DNA of 30,077 bases from Methanobacteriota archaeon. GTDB lineage: Archaea > Hydrothermarchaeota > Hydrothermarchaeia > Hydrothermarchaeales > JACQPM01. Every line of letters starts with the position of its first letter. Within the stretch, counting starts at the first letter, position 1. Of the stretch, positions 1-6,872 are shown piece by piece. The DNA is taken from contig JACQPM010000136.1 of the NCBI GenBank assembly GCA_016207475.1, forward strand, positions 1 to 30,077, given 5' to 3'. Position numbers and translations under genes: made by a program. The notes beneath the pieces are model-generated. The model did no database searches. It worked only from the letters and a program-made list of their open reading frames with translations, and was not told where the DNA came from.

Positions 1-36
1 AAAAAAAGAAAGATTTTTATATTAGTCTGCCCGGAT

Positions 37-255
37 ATGGTAGGCATGGCTAAGAGCGACTACCTCCTGATGGTCTTCGTGAGCCTGCCCCTGATCCTCA
101 TGGGCCTTTTCTTCATCGGGGTGGGCGTCCAGACCTTCTTCCAGTGGCTCGGCGTGAACATCCTCAAGACCTTCGGGAGCATCCTGGTAGCCCTCCTCGG
201 GCTTGTCATCTTGCGGTTCGTGTACCCCCTCCTGGGCGGTGAGAGGGCTTACTAG
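37..255 (+). CDS. Small membrane protein (72 aa, two hydrophobic helices), function unknown
   Basis: Two long hydrophobic stretches; TATA-like TTTTATA about 15-20 nt upstream suggests a leaderless transcript. Confidence 0.6.
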   Translation: MVGMAKSDYLLMVFVSLPLILMGLFFIGVGVQTFFQWLGVNILKTFGSILVALLGLVILRFVYPLLGGERAY

Positions 256-297
256 GCTTTTATAACGTTAGGCCTTCCCGCCCTTTTGAGGTAGAGC

Positions 298-522
298 ATG
301 CGCGAGAAGGTCAGAAAGATCATCGAGAAGATCAGGCCTGGGCTGCAGGCCGACGGCGGGGATATAGAGCTGGTGGATGTGGACGAGGCCCAGGGGCTCG
401 TGAAGCTGAAGCTCAAGGGTGCCTGCGTCTCCTGCCCCATGTCCCAGATGACCTCCTACTTTGTGGTGGAGAGGCTCCTCAAGAAGGAGGCTCCTGAGGT
501 CAAGGCCGTGGAGATGGTCTAG
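298..522 (+). CDS. NifU/Nfu-family Fe-S cluster carrier (stand-alone NifU C-terminal domain)
   Basis: IRPGLQADGGDIELV and GACVSCPMS (CxxC) match the NifU-like domain pattern; SD-like GAGGT upstream. Confidence 0.85.
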   Translation: MREKVRKIIEKIRPGLQADGGDIELVDVDEAQGLVKLKLKGACVSCPMSQMTSYFVVERLLKKEAPEVKAVEMV

Positions 523-531
523 CGCGGGAAG

Positions 532-1476
532 ATGATAGGCATAACGGCTCTGGTACCACCGGAGGTCCTCTACGCCTCCGGGAAGAGGCCCCTGGACCTG
601 AACAACTTGGTCCCGGAATCTAAGATCAATCCCCGGGAGAAGCTCTGTGCCTGGACCGCCATATGGAGGGAGCTGGTCATCCATGGTGGGCTGGACCTGG
701 AGGGGCTCGTGGTGGTGGCGGGCGGGGACTGCCACAACGCCATCGTGGACGGGGAGAAGGTGGAGCTCTCGGGTCTACCGACATGCTACTTCCTCTACCC
801 CTTCGACGGCTCCCCCCAGCTCCTGGAGGCCCAGCTGGAGGACCTGGTGGAGTTCCTGGGAGGTATCAAGGAGCGGAGCAGATTCGAGATTGTAAGGGCT
901 CTTAAGAAAAGAGCTTTAGCTCTGGACAAGCGGAGGGTCAGAGGGGAGGTGGCCGCCAGCGATGGCTTCCTCCTCCAGGTCTCGACGAGCGACATGCTGG
1001 GGTCCCTCGAGGCCTATGAGGAGAGACTGGGGAGGATGGAGGCTTCGGACGAGACGGTGGAGTTCAAGCACCGCATAGCCCTCCTGGGGGTGCCGCCCAT
1101 CTACCCTGACCTCCATGCCTTCCTCCAGTCCCTCGGGCTCCATGTGGTCTACGATGAGATGCCCTACGAGTTCATCAGGCTCACCGGCTCCAGTCTGAGC
1201 GGGATATCCAGAAGTTACGCCGGCTACACCTTCGCCGGGAAGATCCAGCGCAGGCTGGGCTTTATAGAGAAGGAGCTCAAGAGGCGCCGGGTGGACGCCG
1301 TGATCCACTTCCAGCAGTTCGCCTGCCACCACAGGCTCGAGGACCCCATCATGCGGGAGCGGTTGAATAGAGGCCTCGGCTACCCATACCTGGGTATAGA
1401 GGGGGATATGCCATCAAAATTGCCGGAGCAGGTGAAGCTGAGGCTGGAGGCCTTTGCCGAGAGGCTGGGTGATTGA
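532..1476 (+). CDS. 2-hydroxyacyl-CoA dehydratase subunit family (HgdB/FldB-like) Fe-S protein
   Basis: KLCAW, GGDCHN, ALLGVPPI, FACHH and C-terminal IEGD...QVKLRLEAFAE, typical of the family; directly followed by an activase. Confidence 0.8.
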   Translation: MIGITALVPPEVLYASGKRPLDLNNLVPESKINPREKLCAWTAIWRELVIHGGLDLEGLVVVAGGDCHNAIVDGEKVELSGLPTCYFLYPFDGSPQLLEAQLEDLVEFLGGIKERSRFEIVRALKKRALALDKRRVRGEVAASDGFLLQVSTSDMLGSLEAYEERLGRMEASDETVEFKHRIALLGVPPIYPDLHAFLQSLGLHVVYDEMPYEFIRLTGSSLSGISRSYAGYTFAGKIQRRLGFIEKELKRRRVDAVIHFQQFACHHRLEDPIMRERLNRGLGYPYLGIEGDMPSKLPEQVKLRLEAFAERLGD

Positions 1477-2190
1477 ATGGAGATCATGGGCTTAGATGTG
1501 GGGTCCAGGGCGGCGAAGAGCGCCCTCCTCGTAGGCCGCAAGTGGAGCTGGGGCGTCGCCGACATCATGGCCTGGAGGGACCTCCTGAGCTCCGGGGCCG
1601 AGGTCGTTGCCACGGGCTACTTCCGGAAGAAGGTCCCCCACACTCTGGTGGTCACTGAGATAACTGCCGCCATCCACGGGGTGAGGCACTTTATAAGGGG
1701 CGACGTGGATGCCATCGTGGATATCGGAGCCCAGGACACGAAGGTCATCGACCTGGCCACGGGGGAGTTCATGATGAACGACAAGTGCTCTGCCGGTACC
1801 GGGGCCTTCCTGGAGTTCCTGGCAGGCTACTTCGGCCTGGGGATGGAGGAGCTCCAGGAGTACCACTTCCGGGCCGGGAGGACGGCAGAGATAAACAACA
1901 CCTGCGCCGTCTTCGCCCAGTCGGAGGTGGTCTCGCGGCTGGTGGAAGGGTACACGCGAGAGGAGGTAATAAAAGGGATACACCACGCCTTCGCCCGGCG
2001 GATAGGGCAGCTCATCCCCCAGGATGCGGATAGGGTGGCCTTCATAGGAGGGGTGGTGAAGAATAGGGGCGTCATAGACGCCTTCGAGAAGGAGCTTGGC
2101 ATCAGGGCCCTGGTCCCCAGGGAACCCCAGGTGGTCAATGCCGTGGGCGCCTTGGAGTACTACATGGCCCGTCGTGGCGGGCCTCCATAG
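1477..2190 (+). CDS. Acyl-CoA dehydratase activase (ASKHA ATPase, BadF/BadG/BcrA/BcrD family, [4Fe-4S])
   Basis: GLDVGS, VDIGAQDTK, MNDKCSAGTGAFLE, NTCAVFAQSE (two cluster Cys) and GGVVKN motifs. Confidence 0.9.
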   Translation: MEIMGLDVGSRAAKSALLVGRKWSWGVADIMAWRDLLSSGAEVVATGYFRKKVPHTLVVTEITAAIHGVRHFIRGDVDAIVDIGAQDTKVIDLATGEFMMNDKCSAGTGAFLEFLAGYFGLGMEELQEYHFRAGRTAEINNTCAVFAQSEVVSRLVEGYTREEVIKGIHHAFARRIGQLIPQDADRVAFIGGVVKNRGVIDAFEKELGIRALVPREPQVVNAVGALEYYMARRGGPP

Positions 2191-2194
2191 CAAC

Positions 2195-2371
2195 CTAAGT
2201 CTTGAGGGCCAGAGTCGTGGTGAGCACCTCGATGGGCCTCACCGTCGCTGGCACCGGCTTCATGGATACCGCCAGGAAGGCCAGCGCCACCAATGCCACG
2301 AAGGCCAGGAAGACAAGGTCTATGGCGTCCAGGCATGCCCGCCTATCCCCGTACACGAAACACCTCTCCAT
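2195..2371 (-). CDS. Small single-helix membrane protein (58 aa, MERCFVYGDRRACLDAIDLVFLAFVALVALAFLAVSMKP...)
   Basis: ATG at 2371 preceded by GGGGAG; one clear TM helix; the longer track ORF (to 2527) runs through tRNA-Pro, so the internal start is preferred. Confidence 0.45.
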   Translation of the reverse strand: MERCFVYGDRRACLDAIDLVFLAFVALVALAFLAVSMKPVPATVRPIEVLTTTLALKT

Positions 2372-2409
2372 CTGCTGCTCCCCTAACAATACCTGGAAGC
2401 TTAGCGATG

Positions 2410-2423
2410 GAAAGGTATTTATT
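2410..2423 (+). promoter_or_regulatory. BRE + TATA box of tRNA-Pro
   Basis: GAAAGG-TATTTATT ending 22 nt before the mature tRNA 5' end. Confidence 0.65.
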
Positions 2424-2445
2424 TCAAGCCCCGGAGTCTCCCATG

Positions 2446-2542
2446 GGGGCCATAGGGTAGCCTGGTCCATCCTTCGAGCTTTGGGACAGCCCGGAAGGGT
2501 GCGGAAGAGCTTGAGACCCCGGTTCAAATCCGGGTGGCCCCA
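2446..2542 (+). tRNA. tRNA-Pro(TGG) with 22-nt intron at position 37/38 (2486-2507)
   Basis: Acceptor GGGGCCA/TGGCCCC, anticodon stem CGAGC/GCTTG, anticodon TGG at 2482-2484, T arm CCCGG-TTCAAAT-CCGGG; the intron forms a bulge-helix-bulge (TTTG pairs with CGGA) capped by a CCC-GGAA-GGG hairpin. Confidence 0.95.
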
Positions 2543-2544
2543 TT

Positions 2545-2606
2545 TGTCAGCACTTCGCAGCCAAGCCCTTCACGGTGGATGGCTCGAATGGCTGCTCGTG
2601 CCGACA
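2545..2606. repeat. Structured imperfect hairpin, copy 1 of a two-copy motif
   Basis: TGTCAGCAC..GTGCCGACA outer stem, GCAGCCA..TGGCTGC middle stem, AGCC..GGCT inner stem; starts 2 nt after the tRNA-Pro end. Confidence 0.75.
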
Positions 2607-2672
2607 CGCCTCCCAGCACGGTCTAGTGCCCGAGAGAGATAATTTTAAGTGTTTACACGTGAAGCAGATTAA

Positions 2673-3023
2673 ATGAAAATGGGCTTTAGAAGGAAAACTG
2701 CTTGCGAATCATTTGGGAAATTTTTAAAGGGCGATAGAGGCCAGGGGTTGGTTGATGTTTTAGTTCTGGTGGGGGGTGCCATCCTAGTAGGGGTGGTAGT
2801 CTTCACTCTATATGGGAGCATGGTCAAAACGACGGCCAAGGGTCTGAACGCTAGCGTAGCGGAGGTGACGAGTGCCATCGACAACGCCGCCTCGCTCACC
2901 GACAGTGTGACTTTATGCCATATACCGCCTGGCAATCCCGGTAACGCTCGCACAACGACGGTGGAGCAGAGCGAGGTTTCCGCCCATTTGGGGCACGGGG
3001 ACTATCTTGGTCCCTGTACGTAG
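2673..3023 (+). CDS. Archaeal type IV pilin-like protein with class III signal peptide and C-terminal Cys/His mini-domain
   Basis: Basic leader, then RG/QGLVD cleavage-type motif and a hydrophobic helix; C-terminus TLCHIPPGNPGN...AHLGHGDYLGPC. Confidence 0.7.
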   Translation: MKMGFRRKTACESFGKFLKGDRGQGLVDVLVLVGGAILVGVVVFTLYGSMVKTTAKGLNASVAEVTSAIDNAASLTDSVTLCHIPPGNPGNARTTTVEQSEVSAHLGHGDYLGPCT

Positions 3024-3027
3024 GCAG

Positions 3028-3073
3028 CTCAGCGCTTCGCAGGACCCCCACAGGTCGTCCTGCTTGCGCCGAG
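3028..3073. repeat. Structured imperfect hairpin, copy 2 of the motif at 2545-2606
   Basis: CTCAGCGC..GCGCCGAG outer stem, GCAGGAC..GTCCTGC inner stem; left arm 13/14 and right arm 11/13 identical to copy 1; starts 4 nt after the pilin stop. Confidence 0.75.
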
Positions 3074-3140
3074 ACCCTTCTGAACCGCTCCTCAGGCTTC
3101 GGCTCATGCTCGCCTTCGTCGCGGCTCGACCCCTTCTCCC

Positions 3141-3153
3141 GATAGGTATTTAA
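3141..3153 (+). promoter_or_regulatory. BRE + TATA upstream of the eL41-like gene and tRNA-Leu
   Basis: GATAGG-TATTTAAA, followed by SD AGGAGG at 3185-3190. Confidence 0.6.
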
Positions 3154-3197
3154 ACAGGCGCCATCCCATCCTATCCTACACACCAGGAGGCATCGTA

Positions 3198-3311
3198 TTG
3201 GCTGGTAAACATTCATCCAGGAAATGGAAGAAGGCTGGCAAGTGCCGGTGGAAGACCAGGAAGAAGAAGCTGAAGGAGAGGAGGAGGAAGGCCAAGATCA
3301 GGACCAGGTAG
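3198..3311 (+). CDS. Ribosomal protein eL41 (eS32)-like, 37 aa: MAGKHSSRKWKKAGKCRWKTRKKKLKERRRKAKIRTR
   Basis: TTG start 7 nt after AGGAGG; very Lys/Arg-rich, with SSRKWKK-G--RWK-RKK pattern as in archaeal eL41 homologues; too short for the ORF track. Confidence 0.75.
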   Translation: MAGKHSSRKWKKAGKCRWKTRKKKLKERRRKAKIRTR

Positions 3312-3326
3312 CCCTCACTCACGGTT

Positions 3327-3441
3327 GCGGGGGTGCCCGAGATTGGCCAAAGGGGACAGGCTTAGGATGCCCGGGCGAGAACCCGGGCAGGGGAGACCTG
3401 TTAGCTCAGTGCTTGCGAGGGTTCGAATCCCTTCCCCCGCA
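3327..3441 (+). tRNA. tRNA-Leu(TAG) with 29-nt intron at position 37/38 (3367-3395)
   Basis: Acceptor GCGGGGG/CCCCCGC, anticodon stem ACAGG/CCTGT, TAG at 3363-3365, long variable arm, T loop TTCGAAT; intron contains the 8-bp stem TGCCCGGG/CCCGGGCA. Confidence 0.95.
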
Positions 3442-3498
3442 CTTGCCCATATCCCCTGATGGAACGACAATTATAAATGGAATAGTGACGGAGGTTAG

Positions 3499-3843
3499 AT
3501 GGGTGGTTTGTTGAGGCATTATATAATAGTAGCCCTGATGGCCTTTGCCCTCCTCGTACCCGCGGCCCATGCCTACTACAAGAACTCCCTCGCATCGGAT
3601 ACGGCTGGGGTGCTCTATAGCGCAGAGGCCCGCTACCACGCCCCCCTCATCTTCATCCCAGGGATAATGGGCTCCGTCCTGGTGGACCAGACGGGGGATG
3701 AGCTGTGGCCAGGAGGGCTCCAGGAGGGCCGTTCCTGGCTTGAGCTCCAGGAGGACGGTAAGACCCCCGTGGTGGAGGGGGCGACGATCTCTTCGAGGAG
3801 ATCAACCACGACAAACGGGACGAGGGGCGTCTTACATCGATAA
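3499..3843 (+). pseudogene. N-terminal fragment of a secreted LCAT/PGAP1-like alpha/beta hydrolase
   Basis: Signal peptide (..VPAAHA), then PLIFIPGIMGSVL, the first motif of this family; no GxSxG nucleophile motif follows and the frame stops at 3843. Confidence 0.55.
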
Positions 3844-3890
3844 ACAAGACGGCAGAGCGCGAGCTGAAAAAACTGAGGGACAAGGAGCGG

Positions 3891-4373
3891 ATGGAGGAGG
3901 AGGCGAAGGCCTACGCTGAGAAGGTCAAGGGGATGGAAGGGCTGCAGAAAGCCGGGAGGGAGATCGACGAGAGCTTCCTCAACCGCCTGAGGGGGGACCT
4001 GGAAGGGCGGGCAAGGTCCATCGTCTTCGGTGAGTTGGGCGAGGGCAAGACCTACCGCATCAATATAATAGTCCCGGGGGCTGGCCAGTACGACGAGAAG
4101 AATCCCGATTTCAAGGCCTTCGTGGTAGTCCATGAGGGGAGGCTGGTGGACTCCGGCATCGGGACGGTGAGGCCGGAGGATGCTAAGGTGACGGTGAGAG
4201 ACATGGATACCTTTGCGAAGGTCGCCATCGGACCAGGATATGCCTATTTGGGTGAGCGGGGAATCTCCCTGGGCGAGGCCTACAGGGAGGGATTGATAGA
4301 GGTGGACAGCGGAATCGTGAAGAACGCCCTCTTCAAGGCAGCTGAGCTGGTCAGGAAGTATCTGGAGAAGTGA
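3891..4373 (+). CDS. Hypothetical protein, possibly an SCP2-like lipid-binding fold; may be the 3' part of the broken gene upstream
   Basis: Frame is open from 3762 with no earlier ATG; the C-terminal pattern (DAKVTV..TF..V..LGEAYREGLIEV) resembles SCP2-like domains by eye only. Confidence 0.5.
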   Translation: MEEEAKAYAEKVKGMEGLQKAGREIDESFLNRLRGDLEGRARSIVFGELGEGKTYRINIIVPGAGQYDEKNPDFKAFVVVHEGRLVDSGIGTVRPEDAKVTVRDMDTFAKVAIGPGYAYLGERGISLGEAYREGLIEVDSGIVKNALFKAAELVRKYLEK

Positions 4374-4374
4374 G

Positions 4375-4962
4375 ATGAAACGCCTAGCCATCGTCCTGGT
4401 CGCCCTTCTCCTCCTTCCCTCCGTCTCGGCCTACCAGCAGTCCCACCTGGTCTTCGACCTGGAAAAGTCCTGGAATGTGGTGGAGCAGAGACACGCCGCC
4501 CAGACCTTCGAGAAGCAGGGGATGCTCCTGGAGGTCCGCTCCTTCACCAGCAGGGTCCAGCTGCTCTCGCCAGGGGACTTTGCCGCCGCCCGTGGTGGAG
4601 AGGTAGTGAGCGAGGCCGAATACGGGAAGCTTAAAGTCAAGGAAGCGGTCGTGACCGATGCGGAGCTTGTCTACATCCTCTCCCAGCTCTCCCAGGGGGA
4701 CGAAGTCTACACCCTCGCCCTGGTGGCCCCCAAAGGGCTGAGCGGGCAGGCCAGGCTGGAGATGCAGAAGCTTTACCAATCCCTCCAGATATCCGAGGCC
4801 CAGCGGTTCGCCGACGCCCCTTACGAAGTACCGCTGGAGTACCCAGGCGATGTTACTCTCCCCATCCGGGATCGGATACCCCTGGGGAAGCTCGTCCTGG
4901 CAGGGGTCGTAATTCTGATAATGGCGGTAATCTTGAAGAGAAGGCGTGGGAAAAAGGGTTAA
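4375..4962 (+). CDS. Secreted, C-terminally membrane-anchored protein
   Basis: N-terminal signal peptide (..PSVSA); C-terminal TM helix followed by KRRRGKKG. Confidence 0.7.
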   Translation: MKRLAIVLVALLLLPSVSAYQQSHLVFDLEKSWNVVEQRHAAQTFEKQGMLLEVRSFTSRVQLLSPGDFAAARGGEVVSEAEYGKLKVKEAVVTDAELVYILSQLSQGDEVYTLALVAPKGLSGQARLEMQKLYQSLQISEAQRFADAPYEVPLEYPGDVTLPIRDRIPLGKLVLAGVVILIMAVILKRRRGKKG

Positions 4963-5091
4963 TCGACATCGTTGGCGCAAATTATACTATTCCGAATCGT
5001 TATACGCGTATCTGGGCCCTTAACATTCCTGTATATGCCACGGTTTCGTGGACAAAATATATCACCCCTAAAAGAGGTGTATGAGAGCAAC

Positions 5092-5598
5092 ATGAAACCG
5101 AGGGGACTGAAGAGGGAGAGAGATAGGAAGGACGAGAAGCAAGATAATCCGGCAAGAGGGAAGATCGTCACCTTCCTCGCCATTGGGCTGCTCATGATCG
5201 GAGGGGCGGGTGCATACAGCATGATGAAGGGCGGCTCTGAAGCCCCTGAGGATGGGAAAGAGCTCAACCTCCCGAGCTATGCGTACACGAGCGCCGAGAG
5301 CCTGAGGGGCTATCGCATAGCCCTCCAGATCCCGGATATCATGGAAAAGATCCCCTGCTACTGCGGGTGCGGGGAGATGGAGCACCTGAGCGTGAAGCAC
5401 AAGAACCTGAGGGACTGTTTCATCTTCGACGACGGGACCTTCGACGACCACGCCTCCTACTGCGACGTCTGCCTCTACATAGCCCTGGACGTGGACAAGT
5501 GGCAGGGGCTCCCAGTGAAGGAGATAAGGGCCAAGGTGGATGCCAAGTACGGGGACGGTCGCTTCGGGCCAGCCACCAAGACGCCGCCCATCGTATAG
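5092..5598 (+). CDS. PCYCGC-motif-containing membrane-anchored protein
   Basis: IPCYCGC, NLRDCF, HASYCDVC motifs after one TM helix; ATG 5092 chosen over 4972 because GAGGTG and a TATA-like element lie just upstream. Confidence 0.8.
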   Translation: MKPRGLKRERDRKDEKQDNPARGKIVTFLAIGLLMIGGAGAYSMMKGGSEAPEDGKELNLPSYAYTSAESLRGYRIALQIPDIMEKIPCYCGCGEMEHLSVKHKNLRDCFIFDDGTFDDHASYCDVCLYIALDVDKWQGLPVKEIRAKVDAKYGDGRFGPATKTPPIV

Positions 5599-5916
5599 AT
5601 GAGATGCCGTCGCGTCTTCAGTGCCCTGGTGGTAGTCCTCCTGGCCCTCTTCGCCTACGAGAGCTACATCTACAGCGCGGGGCCGGTATACGCCCATACG
5701 AGAATGATGCAGGAGATGATGGGCCTCCCGACACCTTTCCTGGGGCTCAGCCTGCGGTCCTGGACTCTCTTGGTCCTCTTGTCGATCTTTGCCTTCTCCC
5801 TCTCCACGGGCAAGAGGGAGGAGTCCTTAGAAATCCTGGCGGCCAGGTATGCCAGGGGCGAGATCTCAAGGGAGGAGTACCTCCAGGGGCTGAGGGACCT
5901 GAAGGAGGGGCGGTGA
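5599..5916 (+). CDS. SHOCT domain-containing membrane protein
   Basis: C-terminal LEILAARYARGEISREEY; Met-rich HTRMMQEMMG linker between TM segments. Confidence 0.8.
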   Translation: MRCRRVFSALVVVLLALFAYESYIYSAGPVYAHTRMMQEMMGLPTPFLGLSLRSWTLLVLLSIFAFSLSTGKREESLEILAARYARGEISREEYLQGLRDLKEGR

Positions 5917-6063
5917 TGCTATGTACCTTCCACTCGCGATGAAGAGTTTAAACCATTATAACTGATATTTTGCCCATTGGAGCCCATAAACGTCCTTTTA
6001 TACAAAGGGTTGTCTGGGCAATTTTTATCCCCTCTTGAGCCCATTGGGGGGTGAGGTGATCAG

Positions 6064-6369
6064 ATGGAGAAGAAGTTCGTCCTGCTGGGTGTCGCCCTGG
6101 CCTTGGTATTGGCTGGCAGCGTCTATGCGATGGGACCGCAGGGGCCGATCTGGAGTACCGGAGCAGACTCCGACTACATGGCTGGTATGGGCAGCGAGGA
6201 TATGGCGGCCCATATGAAGGACCCCGCTATGCAGAAGCATATGGGGGAGATGGGCCTGACCGAGGAGCAGGTGGAGGAGATGGTCGAGGGCTGCACCAGC
6301 ATGATGGAGGGGATGATGGGGAGCACGAAGAAGGCTGCCTATGGGATGATGGGCAGCGGGATGATGTAG
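6064..6369 (+). CDS. Secreted Met-rich small protein (candidate Cu(I)/Ag(I) binder)
   Basis: SD GAGGTGA; signal peptide (..SVYA); 18 Met in 101 aa, plus His and Cys. Confidence 0.7.
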   Translation: MEKKFVLLGVALALVLAGSVYAMGPQGPIWSTGADSDYMAGMGSEDMAAHMKDPAMQKHMGEMGLTEEQVEEMVEGCTSMMEGMMGSTKKAAYGMMGSGMM

Positions 6370-6376
6370 GCGAGAG

Positions 6377-6856
6377 ATGAGACCGGCCCTGTTCCTAGTC
6401 CTCTTGGCGGTCCTTGGTATAGGGATAGGGTTTTTGGCCCTCACCCTATCCAGAGGCCCTGAGCCCCAGCCCATCCAGGATATCGCCAGCGCCCTCACGC
6501 AGAGGGATGCGGGGCAGGGTGGGGTGACCATTTCTGTCGTTTACGCCACTCCCGAGTACTTCAACGCCAGGGGGGAGGCCGAGAAGGCGCAGGAGTACGA
6601 GCTCGACAAGTACCTCGTCTTCACCGTCGCCATGGACACCCATTCGGTAGATCTATCGCCGTACAAGATGGAGGCGATTACCTTCCTCAGGGACGGGAAT
6701 GGGAAGGAGTACCCTGCCAAGGACTGGAGGGCCCTGAGCGACTCCTCCCACCACAGGTCCGGGGTGGTGAGATTCCAGAAGATCGAAGGGAAGGCCCTGG
6801 AGGTCGTGATAAAGGGCGTCGCTGGCGAGGAGGAGAGGGTCTTCAGGTGGCCCTGA
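6377..6856 (+). CDS. Membrane-anchored exported protein with DTHSVDL and SHHRSG motifs
   Basis: N-terminal TM anchor; His motifs suggest metal binding; tightly spaced with its neighbours. Confidence 0.7.
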   Translation: MRPALFLVLLAVLGIGIGFLALTLSRGPEPQPIQDIASALTQRDAGQGGVTISVVYATPEYFNARGEAEKAQEYELDKYLVFTVAMDTHSVDLSPYKMEAITFLRDGNGKEYPAKDWRALSDSSHHRSGVVRFQKIEGKALEVVIKGVAGEEERVFRWP

Positions 6857-6872
6857 TTCTGGAGGTGATATC

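Noticed and set aside
2372-2527. N-terminal extension of track ORF 2195-2527 and the plus-strand ORF 2202-2642
   Set aside because: Both run through the tRNA-Pro gene and its promoter.
2545-3073. Hairpins as archaeal SECIS, H/ACA or C/D guide RNAs
   Set aside because: GAA lies on the 3' arm, whereas archaeal SECIS has it on the 5' arm; no Sec-type UGA genes are nearby; there is no RUGAUGA C box and no pseudouridylation pocket with a correctly placed ACA.
3224-3514. Acidic 96-aa ORF (EEEAEGEEEEG...)
   Set aside because: It is an alternate frame of the Lys/Arg-rich eL41-like gene, reads through tRNA-Leu, and has no SD.
5970-6021. Inverted repeat TTGCCCA...TGGGCAA around the promoter of the Met-rich gene
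   Set aside because: Only 7-bp arms with a long spacer and no second copy; not distinguishable from chance.
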